A stretch of 64,000 nucleotides of DNA, from positions 384,001-448,000 of the forward strand of contig OZ244744.1 of assembly GCA_965219455.1 (NCBI GenBank), read 5' to 3'. Below the pieces are notes generated by a model that was given only the letters and a program-made list of their open reading frames with translations, was not told the DNA's origin and ran no database searches. Source of the stretch: Candidatus Latescibacterota bacterium (lineage in GTDB: Bacteria; Latescibacterota; UBA2968; GCA-2709665). The position numbers were made by a program, and so were the translations under genes. The stretch's first letter is position 1; each line of letters starts with the position of its first letter. Shown one piece after another: positions 1 to 10,983 of the stretch.

Positions 1-1
1 G

Positions 2-2830
2 GACGGCGAGGCCCACGGCTATGTAGAACCCACCAATGCCTTTTATTTCAAAGCCCTCTGCTGGATGAATACCCTCCGCGACCTGGCCGGCAACGTGCTC
101 CATCGCCTGGGCGAAGCCTTCCATGCTGCAGGATTAAAATCAGACCCCGAAACGGCAAGGCGGCATGCCCGCAAGGCCCGGGTCCTCCTCGTGACGCTTT
201 CCAGAGCCTTCCTGGGCGACCCGTATCTTGCCGCAATCCTGAAAACATCCGAAACGAACCTGCAGGAGCGCCTCGCCAATTTTTACGAGACTGGCGCTCC
301 GGACAAATCCTATCCCGGCTACCGCCTCTACGCCCCGTTCGATCATATTGAAGGCGACCCGAAACGCACGTTGAACGCCCCCGGAGACCGCTACGGTACC
401 AAAGGCGCTTCCATCTACCCTGGCGTGTGGAACTGGAAAGCCAGCCTCGCCCAGGATCTCATGGTCGGTTACAGCCTGATTGCCGAATCCTTCGACGAAA
501 CCGAGTCCGATCTGAAAACCGCCGCCCTGCGCATCGTCACGTCCGTCGAAGGCGATTCCCTGAAATTGCAGACCTCCGGCCAAAAACTCAAACGCGGCAT
601 TCTGGAGTACACGCTGCACCCCTACGCGCTCGTCACCGGCGCTGACAACCTCTCCACCTCTACCCAGATGCCCAGGTTGCAACTCGGGCGCATTGTCGGC
701 GACGACCGGATCATCGAAAACGTCGCCAGAGACATTGTCTACTTTCTGCATAATTTCTTTACCGGCGACGGTCTGGGCAAGGAAGGCTCTCCCTCCTACA
801 CCAGTTGGGGAATTTCAAGCGTCATGGCCGCATGCCACGGCCAGCAGGGCGCATTCGACCGGACCGCCCCTTATTACGATGGGGGACGAAACGCAATCAA
901 CCTGCTTGCCCTGCCCGTCTTCAAGCATGGCCTGGGTCAGTACCTTAAGACCGGGTTCCCCGACGGTCGCCCCATCACCTGGGAAGACTGTGTGATCCGG
1001 GCCGCCATGCCCCTGGAACAGCTCGCCCTGGCTGAAACCCTGGGCGGCGGCATCCCTGATGCCTATCGCGAGTATCTGAACATCGATCCGGAGGGCGATC
1101 CCGTCGTCTCCCTCAGACTCCCCATGCCCCTCCCCTCCCACCTGCTGGGCCAGAACCGCAAAGCCATCCTGCGCAGCGGCGAGGGAGACCGTACCCGAAC
1201 GCTCTCACTCGACTTCACGGAGCGTGTGGGTCACTACCACATGGCGCCCCTCAACCTTACGCTCTACGCCATCGGCCACGAACTGGCCACCGACCTCGGT
1301 TACATGGGCTCCACACATTTTATGACGGTGGATTGGATTAAAACCTTCCCCGCCCACAACACCGTCGCCATCCGCACCCGGGACGGCGACCCGATGGGTA
1401 CGGACAACCTCCGTGGAGACCTTCGGTTTTTTGTGGATCTGCCCGGCTTCAAAGCCATCGATGCCGCGGAGGAGGACGCAGACGAACTCGGCAAAGTACC
1501 CGGCACCGACCGCTACCAGCGCACCGTCGCCCTCATTGACAGCGACCCCGAAGATGCCTACGTTATTGACGTCTTCCGGGTCAACGGCGGCAACATGCAC
1601 GACTGGACCTTCCACGGCAATGGTCATCGTTTTTCGACCGAAGACATCGACCTCACAGGCCGGCCGGACCCTGCGGAATCTCTCTACGACTACAGCGGCT
1701 TCACTTTCACGCCGGCTCGCCGCACCCCCCGGGCCGGCGCCAGGTGGGGCACCCAGCGCGTTACGCATCTCAGCGCTGGCCATAGCCACGGACCGTGGAC
1801 GGCAACCTGGGGCGACGTTACCGAATACCCGAACGCGGACGGCTCACCGGAAACCGACCCGGACGCCTTCCTCAAATTACACATGCTCGACATGCCCGGA
1901 TCCGAGATCATCGTGGGCAACGGCCCCGCCCAGCGCTGGCTGGACAACCGCGACCTGGGTGAGGAGATGAAAATCATCACCGTCCGCCGCCAAAACCATC
2001 ATCTCCTGAACACCTTTCTGGCCGTCCACGAACCCTACCGGAATGCCCCGTTCATCAGACAAGTCAGCCGTTTATCCTGCGAAAATCAGGAAGCCGCAGG
2101 TGTACAGGTGACCCACAACCGGGGTATGGATCTGATCCTTAGCAACACGTCCGGCGCCCCGTGTAAAATCTCCCATAACGGCCTGGCGCTGCACAGTGAC
2201 GGCGAAATCGCCTTCGCGTCATTTGATGCACACGGCCTCCGCGCTCTTGCTCTTGTCGGCGGAACGGCCGCCGAAGCCGACGGCCATAAGATCGAACCCT
2301 TCCCCACCCTCGAAGGTCTACTCACCGGATTTGACGACGTTGAAAAATCCCTGACGATCCAGCCTGAGGCCGATATTGCGGACCCCGACGCACTTTTCAG
2401 AAAGACCATCACCATCCGCCACCGCGAACGTGCCTCCGCCTACACCATCCTGTCCGCCGAACGGAATCCTGACGGAGCGTGTACCCTGCATCTGGACGGC
2501 TTTCCCCACCTGGCCGTCGGCTATCTGCTTGTCACCGCCGTCGAGAGTGACCGCGCCTGGGTGGAGCCGCCCCCGGTTATCCAGGGCAAAGAAAACAACC
2601 TCAACATCTTCAAAGCAGGACCGGATCGAAGCCTTACCTTCCTGCAACCTCTGGACAACCTCGTCTCGGAGGACATCCTGGACGAACGGGGTACCCGCAT
2701 CCGCACCCGACACGCCCTGCTTCTGGACGATGCCGAACACCTGTCCGCCGGGAACGAGATCGCCTTTTCAGCGCTGCACCCGGGCGTGGATCGATTCCGG
2801 ATCCTCGGTTCGGGTCACTGGCAACGGTGA
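2..2830 (+). CDS. Heparinase II/III-like (polysaccharide lyase-like) protein, 5' end outside window
   Basis: Frame is open from base 2 through the ATG at 65. Contains GHYHMAPLNLTLY...DLGY, AHNTV, YQRTVALID and YVIDVFRVNGG..HDWTFHG motifs typical of heparinase II/III C-terminal domains. Confidence 0.65.
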   Translation, partial: DGEAHGYVEPTNAFYFKALCWMNTLRDLAGNVLHRLGEAFHAAGLKSDPETARRHARKARVLLVTLSRAFLGDPYLAAILKTSETNLQERLANFYETGAPDKSYPGYRLYAPFDHIEGDPKRTLNAPGDRYGTKGASIYPGVWNWKASLAQDLMVGYSLIAESFDETESDLKTAALRIVTSVEGDSLKLQTSGQKLKRGILEYTLHPYALVTGADNLSTSTQMPRLQLGRIVGDDRIIENVARDIVYFLHNFFTGDGLGKEGSPSYTSWGISSVMAACHGQQGAFDRTAPYYDGGRNAINLLALPVFKHGLGQYLKTGFPDGRPITWEDCVIRAAMPLEQLALAETLGGGIPDAYREYLNIDPEGDPVVSLRLPMPLPSHLLGQNRKAILRSGEGDRTRTLSLDFTERVGHYHMAPLNLTLYAIGHELATDLGYMGSTHFMTVDWIKTFPAHNTVAIRTRDGDPMGTDNLRGDLRFFVDLPGFKAIDAAEEDADELGKVPGTDRYQRTVALIDSDPEDAYVIDVFRVNGGNMHDWTFHGNGHRFSTEDIDLTGRPDPAESLYDYSGFTFTPARRTPRAGARWGTQRVTHLSAGHSHGPWTATWGDVTEYPNADGSPETDPDAFLKLHMLDMPGSEIIVGNGPAQRWLDNRDLGEEMKIITVRRQNHHLLNTFLAVHEPYRNAPFIRQVSRLSCENQEAAGVQVTHNRGMDLILSNTSGAPCKISHNGLALHSDGEIAFASFDAHGLRALALVGGTAAEADGHKIEPFPTLEGLLTGFDDVEKSLTIQPEADIADPDALFRKTITIRHRERASAYTILSAERNPDGACTLHLDGFPHLAVGYLLVTAVESDRAWVEPPPVIQGKENNLNIFKAGPDRSLTFLQPLDNLVSEDILDERGTRIRTRHALLLDDAEHLSAGNEIAFSALHPGVDRFRILGSGHWQR

Positions 2831-3008
2831 CCCTCCGCCCATGAGGGGCGGGCAGGAAGCGGGCAAGAGATCCGGCATATGTAAAACCAGGTCTTACGGT
2901 GCGAATTTGAGGATTAATTTCCAGATTCACTGACGTACCACAACGGATAACACACCTCTAATTGTTCCCCTCGCTTCCCACTCGGGAAGGGGGTCAGGGA
3001 GATAAGGC

Positions 3009-4763
3009 ATGTCCGACCAATCGTCCCGCCTCACGATCGACCCCATCACCTTCGAAGTGATGAAGAACGCACTGCTCAACGCCACCGAAGAGATGGCGTA
3101 TACCATACGCCGCACCGCGTACTCCACCAATATCAAGACCCGTGCCGATTTCTCATGCGCCTTCTTCGACGCGGCATTCCGGGTGGTCGCACAATCCTTC
3201 TCCCAGCCGCCGCACCTCTCTTCCATGAAGAACGCGATCCCGAACGCCCTCCGGGAATACGGCGCCGAGAATCTCGCGCCCGGCGACGGCCTCATCCTGA
3301 ACGATCCTCATCGCGGAAGCAGCCACCTCAACGACATCGCGCTGATCGCGCCGGTCTTTGCAGGAGAGACCCGGCTTGGGTACCTCGCCAACATGGCCCA
3401 CCACGTCGACGTGGGGGGCAGCACGCCGAGCAGCCTGGGAGTAAACCGCGAAATCTACCAGGAAGGTATCATCATACCGCCCACGAAAATCATGCGGCGG
3501 GGGGAAATCGACAACGACGTTCTGGGCCTCATTCTGGAGAACGTGCGGGCGCCTCACGAGACCGGAGGCGACCTCCGCGCCCAGATGGGAGCGAACCTCG
3601 TGGGGGCAAGGCGCATCGCGGAACTGATCGACCGCTACGAAATCGCCCAGGTCGAAGCCTTCTTCGACGAACTGCTCGATTACACGGAGCGATGGGCGCG
3701 GCGCGAGATCGCCGCACTGCCGGCCGGTGTGTATAAGGCCGAAGGGTTTCGCGACAACAACGGATTCGACGACGAACCGGTCAAAATCGCCGTTACCGTC
3801 CACATCGGCGACGGAAGCGCCAAACTGGACGTCACCGGGTCCGCGGCGCAGCAGACCGGCCCGTTGAACGCCACCCGCTCCAATACCCTGGCCGCCATTT
3901 CGGTGGTCATCAAGAGCCTGATCGATCCGCGGATCCTGGTCAACGACGGCCTCTACCGATGCCTGGAAGTCATCGGACCGGACAATACCGTGCTCACCGC
4001 AACGTGGCCCGCCGCCGTCGTTGGCGCATGGGAACTGGCGCAACTCACGGCGGAACTTACCCTCACCGCCCTGCACAACGTGTTGCCGGACAGGATTCCC
4101 GCCTGCGGCAAAGGCATTATCTGCAACCTGGGTTTTGCCGGCAACGACCCGCGAAAAAAAGCGTTTTACTGCTACATGGAGACCGTTGGCGGCGGCAATG
4201 GCGCCCGCCCTGCCAAAGATGGCCCCGACGCCATCCAGACGACCATCCACAACACCGAAAACGCGCCGATCGAAGAGGTGGAAATCAACTATCCCATCCG
4301 ATTCGCCCACTACGGCCTCATCACGAACAGCGGCGGCTCCGGCCGGTTTCGCGGCGGCCTCGGGATCAGGAGGGACTTTGAATTTCCCGACTGCGATACC
4401 ACCTTCACCGTCCTCTCGGATGGCACGCGGTTTCCTCCATGGGGGCTCGAGGGTGGTGGCAACGGGCGCCCCGCCCGGTTCGTTCTGGAACCGGAAAGCA
4501 AGGCTGAAAGACTGCCCTCAAAAGTAAGTATCACGGTGCCCAAAGGCGGCCGCGTGAGCGTGCAGACGCCGGGCGGCGGGGGCCACGGCCACCCGCACGA
4601 ACGCGATCCGGATGCCGTCGTGCGGGACGTCCGGGACCGGAAAATAACGCCTCCAGCCGCCCGCGAAACCTACGGTGTCGTCTACAATGCCAGGACCTGG
4701 ACCGTCGACATCGAAGCGACGCAGGGTCTGCGTCGGCGCCTCGAACGGAGTGCGAATTCATGA
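3009..4763 (+). CDS. Hydantoinase B/oxoprolinase family protein
   Basis: DPITFEV, RTAYSTNIK..DFSCA, NDPH.GSSHLND, HHVDVGG, EIYQEG and TPGGGG motifs. Confidence 0.92.
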   Translation: MSDQSSRLTIDPITFEVMKNALLNATEEMAYTIRRTAYSTNIKTRADFSCAFFDAAFRVVAQSFSQPPHLSSMKNAIPNALREYGAENLAPGDGLILNDPHRGSSHLNDIALIAPVFAGETRLGYLANMAHHVDVGGSTPSSLGVNREIYQEGIIIPPTKIMRRGEIDNDVLGLILENVRAPHETGGDLRAQMGANLVGARRIAELIDRYEIAQVEAFFDELLDYTERWARREIAALPAGVYKAEGFRDNNGFDDEPVKIAVTVHIGDGSAKLDVTGSAAQQTGPLNATRSNTLAAISVVIKSLIDPRILVNDGLYRCLEVIGPDNTVLTATWPAAVVGAWELAQLTAELTLTALHNVLPDRIPACGKGIICNLGFAGNDPRKKAFYCYMETVGGGNGARPAKDGPDAIQTTIHNTENAPIEEVEINYPIRFAHYGLITNSGGSGRFRGGLGIRRDFEFPDCDTTFTVLSDGTRFPPWGLEGGGNGRPARFVLEPESKAERLPSKVSITVPKGGRVSVQTPGGGGHGHPHERDPDAVVRDVRDRKITPPAARETYGVVYNARTWTVDIEATQGLRRRLERSANS

Positions 4764-6865
4764 GTGATTCATACCGCATCGGAATCGACATCGGCGGCAC
4801 GTTCACCGATGCCGTGGTGATGGACGAGAAATCCGGCGACTTCCATCCCGTCAAGGTCTCCTCCACTCCGGACGATCCTTCACGGGCTTTCATGGAGGCG
4901 TATACGCGGGGCCTCGCCAACCAGGATCTCACGGCCGAACAGGTGCGTTTTGTGGTACACGGCACCACCGTGGCAACCAACACGATCATTCAACAAAAAG
5001 GCGCGCGGATAGGCCTCATCGCCTCGGAAGGCTTCAGCGACGTTTTCGAGATCGCCTGGCAGATCCGCCCGAACCTCTACGACCTCGATTACGACAAACC
5101 CCCTCCGCTCGTGCCGCGGCACCTCTGCATGGGCGTCCCCGAACGCATCGACGCCCATGGCGGGCTGCTTGTCCCTATGGACGAAGGCGCCGTGTACCGT
5201 GCCGCCCGTAAACTGGCGAAAGATCGCGTAGAAGCGATTCTCGTCTGCTTTCTTCACGCCTATAGAGACCCGACCCACGAGCGCCGCGCCGCTGAAATCA
5301 TCCAGGAAGCCTGCCCCGGTCTACCCGTCTGTATCTCCTCCGACATCTGTCCCGAGTACCGCGAATATACCCGCGCCAGCACGACCGCCGTCAACGCCGC
5401 CCTGCTTCCCGCCGTGGGCGCCTACGTGGAGCGGCTGGAGGATCGGCTCGGGAATGTGAACGCGGGCTCCGGCCTGTTCCTGATGACCTCCGGCGGCGGG
5501 ATCATTGCCTCCGGCACCGCCAGACAGCAGCCCGTACAACTCATCGAATCCGGGCCGGCAGCGGGCGTGATCGCCGCTTCGTACATCGGCCAGCTCGCCG
5601 GTTTCGAAAACCTTATTGCTCTGGACATCGGCGGCACGACCGCGAAGGCCGCCCTCATCGAAGACGGCCGGCCGCGCCTGGCCGCCGAATTCGAGGTTGG
5701 CGACGCCGCCGTCGCAACCACCACCAGGGACAAGGGCCAGGGATATCCGGTAAAAACACCGGTCATCGATCTGGTTGAAATCGGATCCGGCGGCGGCAGC
5801 ATCGGCCACGTCGATCCAGGCGGGGCGCTTGCCGTCGGCCCGCAATCCGCGGGCGCGGCGCCGGGACCCGCCTGTTACGGGAGAGGGGGTTCCGAACCCA
5901 CGCTCACGGACGCAAACCTTGTTCTCGACCGGCTCAATCCCCACTATTTTCTGGGCGGAGAACTCTGCCTTCACAAGTCTCTCGCGAAAGAGTCGATCGA
6001 GAGTCGCATCGCCGGGCCCATGAATATGGACGTCGAAGAAGCGGCCGCCGGCCTGATTGAAATCGCCAACGCCAACATGACCGGCATCCTTCAACTCGTT
6101 TCGGTACAGAAAGGCGTGGACCCACGCGCGTTCGTACTGGTCGCTTTCGGCGGCGCCGGCCCCCTCCACGCCGCCGCGCTCGCAATGGCGCTGCATATCC
6201 GCACTGTACTCGTACCGCCCAGCCCGGGCGTTACCACCGCGCTCGGTCTGCTCGTTACCGACCTGCGTCACGACTACGTTCGTACCTACATTTCAAAAAC
6301 GGACGACCTGGACCTGCCCGGCCTTTCGGGCATCTACGGCGAATTCGAAGAAAATGCGACCCGCCTGCTTTTGAGCGAGGGCGTCTCCCGCTCCAATATC
6401 CGCTTCGTCCGGGAGGCGGACATGCGGTATACGGGCCAATCCTACGAACTTCGAGTACCCGTGAGCCGGTTGTCAAAGGATCTTCCCGAGAAACTAGACG
6501 CCGCTTTCTTCGCCGCACACCGGCGCCAGTACGGTTTCGCAACCCGGGATGAGCCCACGGAAATCGTCAATGTACGCCTCTCCGCCGTGGGAGCCGTTCC
6601 CCGCCCCAGCCGGCGGCAGGCTCCCAAAGGCAGACCATCCGCGCACGCCGCACTGAAGGCCGAACGCGACGTCCAAATGCCCGGGTCGGCCGGCCGGGCG
6701 ACAACGGCGATTTATGACCGGTATCGCCTGAAGGCGGACAACCGCTTCACGGGCCCCGCCATTGTTGAGGAAATCGACTCCACAACGTTTATTCCCCCAG
6801 GGTGTACGGTAAACGTAGACGACTACGGCAATCTCGTTATCGACACCGGCCCAGGGCCGCCGTAA
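4760..6865 (+). CDS. Hydantoinase A/oxoprolinase family protein (ATP-binding subunit)
   Basis: IGIDIGGTFTD, HGTTVATN, ESGPAAG, DIGGTT, GPQSAGA.PGPACYG and FGGAGPLHA motifs; ATGA overlap with the upstream gene. Confidence 0.93.
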   Translation: MSDSYRIGIDIGGTFTDAVVMDEKSGDFHPVKVSSTPDDPSRAFMEAYTRGLANQDLTAEQVRFVVHGTTVATNTIIQQKGARIGLIASEGFSDVFEIAWQIRPNLYDLDYDKPPPLVPRHLCMGVPERIDAHGGLLVPMDEGAVYRAARKLAKDRVEAILVCFLHAYRDPTHERRAAEIIQEACPGLPVCISSDICPEYREYTRASTTAVNAALLPAVGAYVERLEDRLGNVNAGSGLFLMTSGGGIIASGTARQQPVQLIESGPAAGVIAASYIGQLAGFENLIALDIGGTTAKAALIEDGRPRLAAEFEVGDAAVATTTRDKGQGYPVKTPVIDLVEIGSGGGSIGHVDPGGALAVGPQSAGAAPGPACYGRGGSEPTLTDANLVLDRLNPHYFLGGELCLHKSLAKESIESRIAGPMNMDVEEAAAGLIEIANANMTGILQLVSVQKGVDPRAFVLVAFGGAGPLHAAALAMALHIRTVLVPPSPGVTTALGLLVTDLRHDYVRTYISKTDDLDLPGLSGIYGEFEENATRLLLSEGVSRSNIRFVREADMRYTGQSYELRVPVSRLSKDLPEKLDAAFFAAHRRQYGFATRDEPTEIVNVRLSAVGAVPRPSRRQAPKGRPSAHAALKAERDVQMPGSAGRATTAIYDRYRLKADNRFTGPAIVEEIDSTTFIPPGCTVNVDDYGNLVIDTGPGPP

Positions 6866-7005
6866 TGGACCTGCAACTGGCAACAACGGGCATTACATGG
6901 CAACTCGTGGCCTTCTGCGGCCTTTCCCTATCGGTGGGATGGGGCATCCGGGGCAGACGAATACGGCGCAGCCATACCGGGCGCACTGGCCGCAACCGCC
7001 ACTTC
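6865..7005 (+). pseudogene. Frameshifted, truncated remnant of a membrane protein
   Basis: ATG overlaps the upstream TAA (TAATG). It reads MDLQLATTGITWQLVAFCGLSLSVGWGIRG; the hydrophobic sequence resumes in the +1 frame at 6956 as DEYGAAIPGALAATA. Confidence 0.55.
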
Positions 7006-7102
7006 GAGAACAATCCCCGCCGGGCATCCCGGCCCCGTGGCCCCAATCCCTCCCCGACATTTTACCCTCCCCCGTACCCCTTTGCAACAAGGAGCCACAA
7101 CA

Positions 7103-9454
7103 ATGAACGTCGCCGTCACCGAAGGCGTCTATTCAAAAGACAGCTATGAACCCAACCTCTGCACCCTTCGTGACGACAAAACGTGCTGGACCGGCTGGGC
7201 GGCCTACGGCGCCGCGGGGTCCAGGACATTTGTCCGGAAATTCGTCGGGGAGAACGCCGGTCCCGTGGAGCCGCTGTCCCCCAACAACACCATGCAGACG
7301 CGCCCCATCTGCATCCCGAACGGAGGTCAGTTGGTGTTTGTATGGCTTGAAAAAACCGGCCGGGAATACGCGTTTTGGACCCGCAAACATGATGGAAATG
7401 CGTTCACCCGGTGCCGGAAATGCCACGTCCTGCCCGCTTCGGCGAAGGTCTGGGAGCCGCAGGCCCTCGTCGACGAAAGCGGCGCCCTCTGGATCTGCTG
7501 GGCCCACTCCGTCAGGGGAGACAGCCGCATCGAAATCGTCAGAAACCTCCCCGATGGCGAGACCGCAACGTATTCGATCGGAAACCGGGTACGCTACAAT
7601 TACCGGCCCAGGATGGTCGAACGGGGGTCGGACGGCGTCTACATCATCTGGGACAGCTACGTCGGCCGCACCTACGACGTCTACGGCTGTGCGGTCGATC
7701 CGGCGGGCCCTCGGAAAGAGGTCAAGATCAGCCGCGGCGACGGGTGGGAAAACAGGCCGACCCTCTGCCGGGACGGCGGCGGTGCACTCTGGGCGGTGTG
7801 GGTGCACGGCGTGGACGTTATGTACAGATGCAGCACCCTCCAACAGAAATACTCATTGCGGGGCGCCCGTCTGGACGGTCGGTCCTGGGAGCCCCTGTCG
7901 GGTGCGGAAGGAGGGGCCGACATTGCGCCGCTCCACTACGGGCTGTTAACCGATTTCCCGAAACCGCCCAACCTGGGGCATATGGGCAGGCAGCTCTTCC
8001 CCATTCTCAAGGGCGCCGAAGCCGACGGCGTCTGGCTTTTCTACGAGGTCAAAGCGGACAGCGAGCAGGGCACACTCACGTCCAGGGGCCGCCTCTTCGG
8101 CCATACCTGCGCCGATGGCGTCTGGTCGGATCCGTACGACGTGGCCGAAGGAAACATCTTCTACGAGCTACCCCACAACGGCTCGGTCGGAACGGCGGTC
8201 CACCTCCTGTCCCAGGACATGATCACCGATGAGCGGTACCTGGAAAGGGTCCAACTCTCCACCGACCTCCCCGTTGTGCCTCCTGAAAAACGCCGCATTC
8301 ACCTGACCGAATGGAAGGAAGTCCGGCTTCCGTTCGAGAAACTTCGAGAGACGGGCCGCCCCCGCAACGAGCTTCCCGGCGGGGAGAGCGAAAAATACCA
8401 CCTCTTCTGGGTGGACCTGCACTGCCACTCGGCAGCCTCCATCGAAATGGAAGGTGAGCCGGATGAGTTGGGCCACTACGCCCGGCACAAAGCACAGATC
8501 GACGGGCTGACCGTTTCCGACAACGACTGCTTCTGGAACCTGCCCACCCGTCAGAACGTGCGCCACCTGAAGGACTACGAGTGGGACTACGTCAAAGGCA
8601 ACGCGATGGTCCTCAACGACCCCGGACAGTTCGCCATGTTTCCCGGCTACGAAATGACCATCACCGACCGGGTGGACTCCGGGCGGGACCACCGATCGGT
8701 GATGTCGGGCGACGACGAAATGGAAATGGACCTGCTTCACTTCAAGTACAAGGAGGCCCATACGAAAGGTGAGCGGCATACCCACAAGGACACCGGGGAG
8801 TGTCTCGCCTGGTTCAAAGAAAAGGGCTACCTCTCCCTCCCGCACCCCCACAACGGGAAATGGAACCTCTACGACACGGACGTCGAGTGGGGCATCGACG
8901 TGTGTGCCGCCTGGATGATCAACATCGACCTTTACGACATCTATTTCAGATACCTCGATGCGGGCCATAAATTCGCCTTCACCGGCAGCGGAGACAGCCA
9001 CCACCGAAACCCCGGCTTGAGCGGCGCGCTCACCGGCGTCTGGGCCGAACGCCTGGACCGTGCCGCCTTTCTGAACGCGATCAAAGCGAGACGCTGTTAC
9101 GCAACGGCCGGGCAGAAAATCCTGATCGAATTCACGATCAACGATCAGATGATGGGTAGCTCGCTGGTTGTCGAGGACGACCCGGTGTTGAAGTGGCGCG
9201 TCGTGGGCGAAGCGGGCCGGGAATACATCCTGCGCGTCCACCGGGACGGGCGTCTGATGCACGACGACCGGTTCATCGGCCAGACCCGGGGAGAGCGAAG
9301 AGAATTCCAATTGCGCCGGTATCGCCCCGGAAAGCACTACTACTACCTCGAAGTCCTGTCACCCGACCCCATCCCCCAATACCCGAACAACGTCGCGCAC
9401 GCCATGGGCGCCAGGGGATGGAGCACACCCATCTGGGTGGAGACATCGGAATGA
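7103..9454 (+). CDS. PHP-like/DUF3604-like metallohydrolase with N-terminal beta-propeller-like region
   Basis: GGAG RBS at 7091. DLHCHS, PGYE, HPH, GSGDSHH, LTGVWA..L.R...AIKARRCYAT and WSTPIWV motifs. Confidence 0.7.
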   Translation: MNVAVTEGVYSKDSYEPNLCTLRDDKTCWTGWAAYGAAGSRTFVRKFVGENAGPVEPLSPNNTMQTRPICIPNGGQLVFVWLEKTGREYAFWTRKHDGNAFTRCRKCHVLPASAKVWEPQALVDESGALWICWAHSVRGDSRIEIVRNLPDGETATYSIGNRVRYNYRPRMVERGSDGVYIIWDSYVGRTYDVYGCAVDPAGPRKEVKISRGDGWENRPTLCRDGGGALWAVWVHGVDVMYRCSTLQQKYSLRGARLDGRSWEPLSGAEGGADIAPLHYGLLTDFPKPPNLGHMGRQLFPILKGAEADGVWLFYEVKADSEQGTLTSRGRLFGHTCADGVWSDPYDVAEGNIFYELPHNGSVGTAVHLLSQDMITDERYLERVQLSTDLPVVPPEKRRIHLTEWKEVRLPFEKLRETGRPRNELPGGESEKYHLFWVDLHCHSAASIEMEGEPDELGHYARHKAQIDGLTVSDNDCFWNLPTRQNVRHLKDYEWDYVKGNAMVLNDPGQFAMFPGYEMTITDRVDSGRDHRSVMSGDDEMEMDLLHFKYKEAHTKGERHTHKDTGECLAWFKEKGYLSLPHPHNGKWNLYDTDVEWGIDVCAAWMINIDLYDIYFRYLDAGHKFAFTGSGDSHHRNPGLSGALTGVWAERLDRAAFLNAIKARRCYATAGQKILIEFTINDQMMGSSLVVEDDPVLKWRVVGEAGREYILRVHRDGRLMHDDRFIGQTRGERREFQLRRYRPGKHYYYLEVLSPDPIPQYPNNVAHAMGARGWSTPIWVETSE

Positions 9455-9486
9455 CCGCCGCCGTGGTTCACGCGCCCTAAGCATGG

Positions 9487-9518
9487 AAAAAAAAGGGCGG
9501 CCCCGACCGGCCACCCTT
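9487..9518 (-). terminator. Intrinsic terminator downstream of the Nramp-like gene
   Basis: Stem AAGGGCGGCC/GGCCACCCTT (one G-U pair on the minus strand) with an A-run at 9487-9494 forming the U-tract on the minus strand. Confidence 0.65.
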
Positions 9519-9544
9519 GAACATCTCCACGTCTGTCCGGGTAC

Positions 9545-10888
9545 TTAGCGGGTCCAATTCAAATACAGGTTAACTGCGGTAAAGTTGACGATCGCCCAGA
9601 TCGTCAACAGCAATCCAAGTTCCGTCCAGACGGACATCCGTTCCCTGTCCGCAGCGCGCATCGCCAGGTGCACCACACCGTAGGCCATCGGAATCAGCAG
9701 CAGGTTGTTGGCGTTGGCCCCGATCAGCACCAGGGCAAGCGGCGTATCGGGAGTTGCAACGGTCACACAAAGCCACAGAAACGGAAAGCCGATCTGCAAT
9801 GCCCGCAGCAACCGAAGACGGACCTCGTCGCTATCCAGCCTGGCGACGCCCGTCTGCCTCAGAAAATCCACGCTGATGCGACCTGAACTGGCCGTAAACA
9901 CGAGCAGCGTGGAAAACAGCGTGCAGAAAGCGCCGAACATGAACACGTTTTTCGTCCACGGACCGATACTTCGGGTAAAAATCAGCGAAACCTGCTCCAC
10001 GACCTCCATGCCCTGGGGGACCACGTTCAGCTTCTTCAATATCGAGGCCCCAAGCAAATAGTAGGCGCAGGTAATCACCAATGCGATCCCGGTGCATACC
10101 AGCGCGTCGGTCTTCAGCACCCGCATCCAGCCCCGATACCGCGCCCGCCATTCGGGCGTATCCTCCCGGGGCCCCACAAAATCCGCGTATCCCTTCTCCC
10201 GCACCCAGTATGGATACATAAACAACTCCACCGCAGTCGCGCCCACGGACCCCATCACGGCCAGGGCCACAAACGCCCCGTCCGCGGGCAGGGCAAAGCG
10301 AAACCCCGATAGGACCTCCTCGCCCCCCACGGCGTATGGCGTCGCCTGCATCGCCAACACCGACCCGATTACGACAAGGCTGAAGCCCGCGACCAGTATG
10401 GTGATCATTCGCTCCAGATCGGCGTACAAGCCCCTGTAAAGCAGCGCAGAGATGGCCGCAAAAATCAGCACGGCCCACACGTTGTACGGGACGCCGGGAA
10501 AGAGGGTTACCATCAGTCCGGCCACGGACCCAAGGATGCCGATCACGGCAATCATCACCGAAAAATAACCCAGAACGCACAACCATGCCGCCCAGGAGGT
10601 ATTCACCAGCCGTATCCCGGGCACGCGGTCCAGTACCTGTATCGTCGTGCTGTTGTGCAAAACGCACTGGCGCCCGAGTTCAAGTTGAATGAAGAACTTG
10701 ATCACGCAAGCCAGGATCACCCCCCAGAGAAACGCGAAGCCCACCTCCGCCCCCATGCGCGTGGTCACCAGCAACTCGCCTGAGCCGACGACCGAACCCG
10801 ACACAACCACGCCCGGTCCGATATTCCGCAGCAATCCCCCCACGCCCCGCGGCGCCTCTCGAACCGGCCGCTCAGCTGTATTCTCCAT
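9545..10888 (-). CDS. Nramp-like (YcsG-type) secondary transporter
   Basis: Multiple TM segments. IGPG..SGSVVGSGEL, KFFIQLELGR and YPYWVREKGY motifs; lacks the MntH DPGN motif. Confidence 0.75.
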   Translation of the reverse strand: MENTAERPVREAPRGVGGLLRNIGPGVVVSGSVVGSGELLVTTRMGAEVGFAFLWGVILACVIKFFIQLELGRQCVLHNSTTIQVLDRVPGIRLVNTSWAAWLCVLGYFSVMIAVIGILGSVAGLMVTLFPGVPYNVWAVLIFAAISALLYRGLYADLERMITILVAGFSLVVIGSVLAMQATPYAVGGEEVLSGFRFALPADGAFVALAVMGSVGATAVELFMYPYWVREKGYADFVGPREDTPEWRARYRGWMRVLKTDALVCTGIALVITCAYYLLGASILKKLNVVPQGMEVVEQVSLIFTRSIGPWTKNVFMFGAFCTLFSTLLVFTASSGRISVDFLRQTGVARLDSDEVRLRLLRALQIGFPFLWLCVTVATPDTPLALVLIGANANNLLLIPMAYGVVHLAMRAADRERMSVWTELGLLLTIWAIVNFTAVNLYLNWTR

Positions 10889-10983
10889 AAACGAACCCCG
10901 CGACTTTATCCGACACTGCACAGTTTACGATGAGCCGAATGCCGCATGCCCGGACGAGGCCGGCACACACCCCGCGCCTGGCA

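Noticed and set aside
2966-3000. REP-like GC hairpin before hydantoinase B (CTTCCC-ACTC-GGGAAG)
   Set aside because: I found only a single copy in the window, so a repeat family cannot be supported.
9545-10888. True MntH manganese transporter
   Set aside because: Lacks the DPGN and MPH metal-binding motifs.
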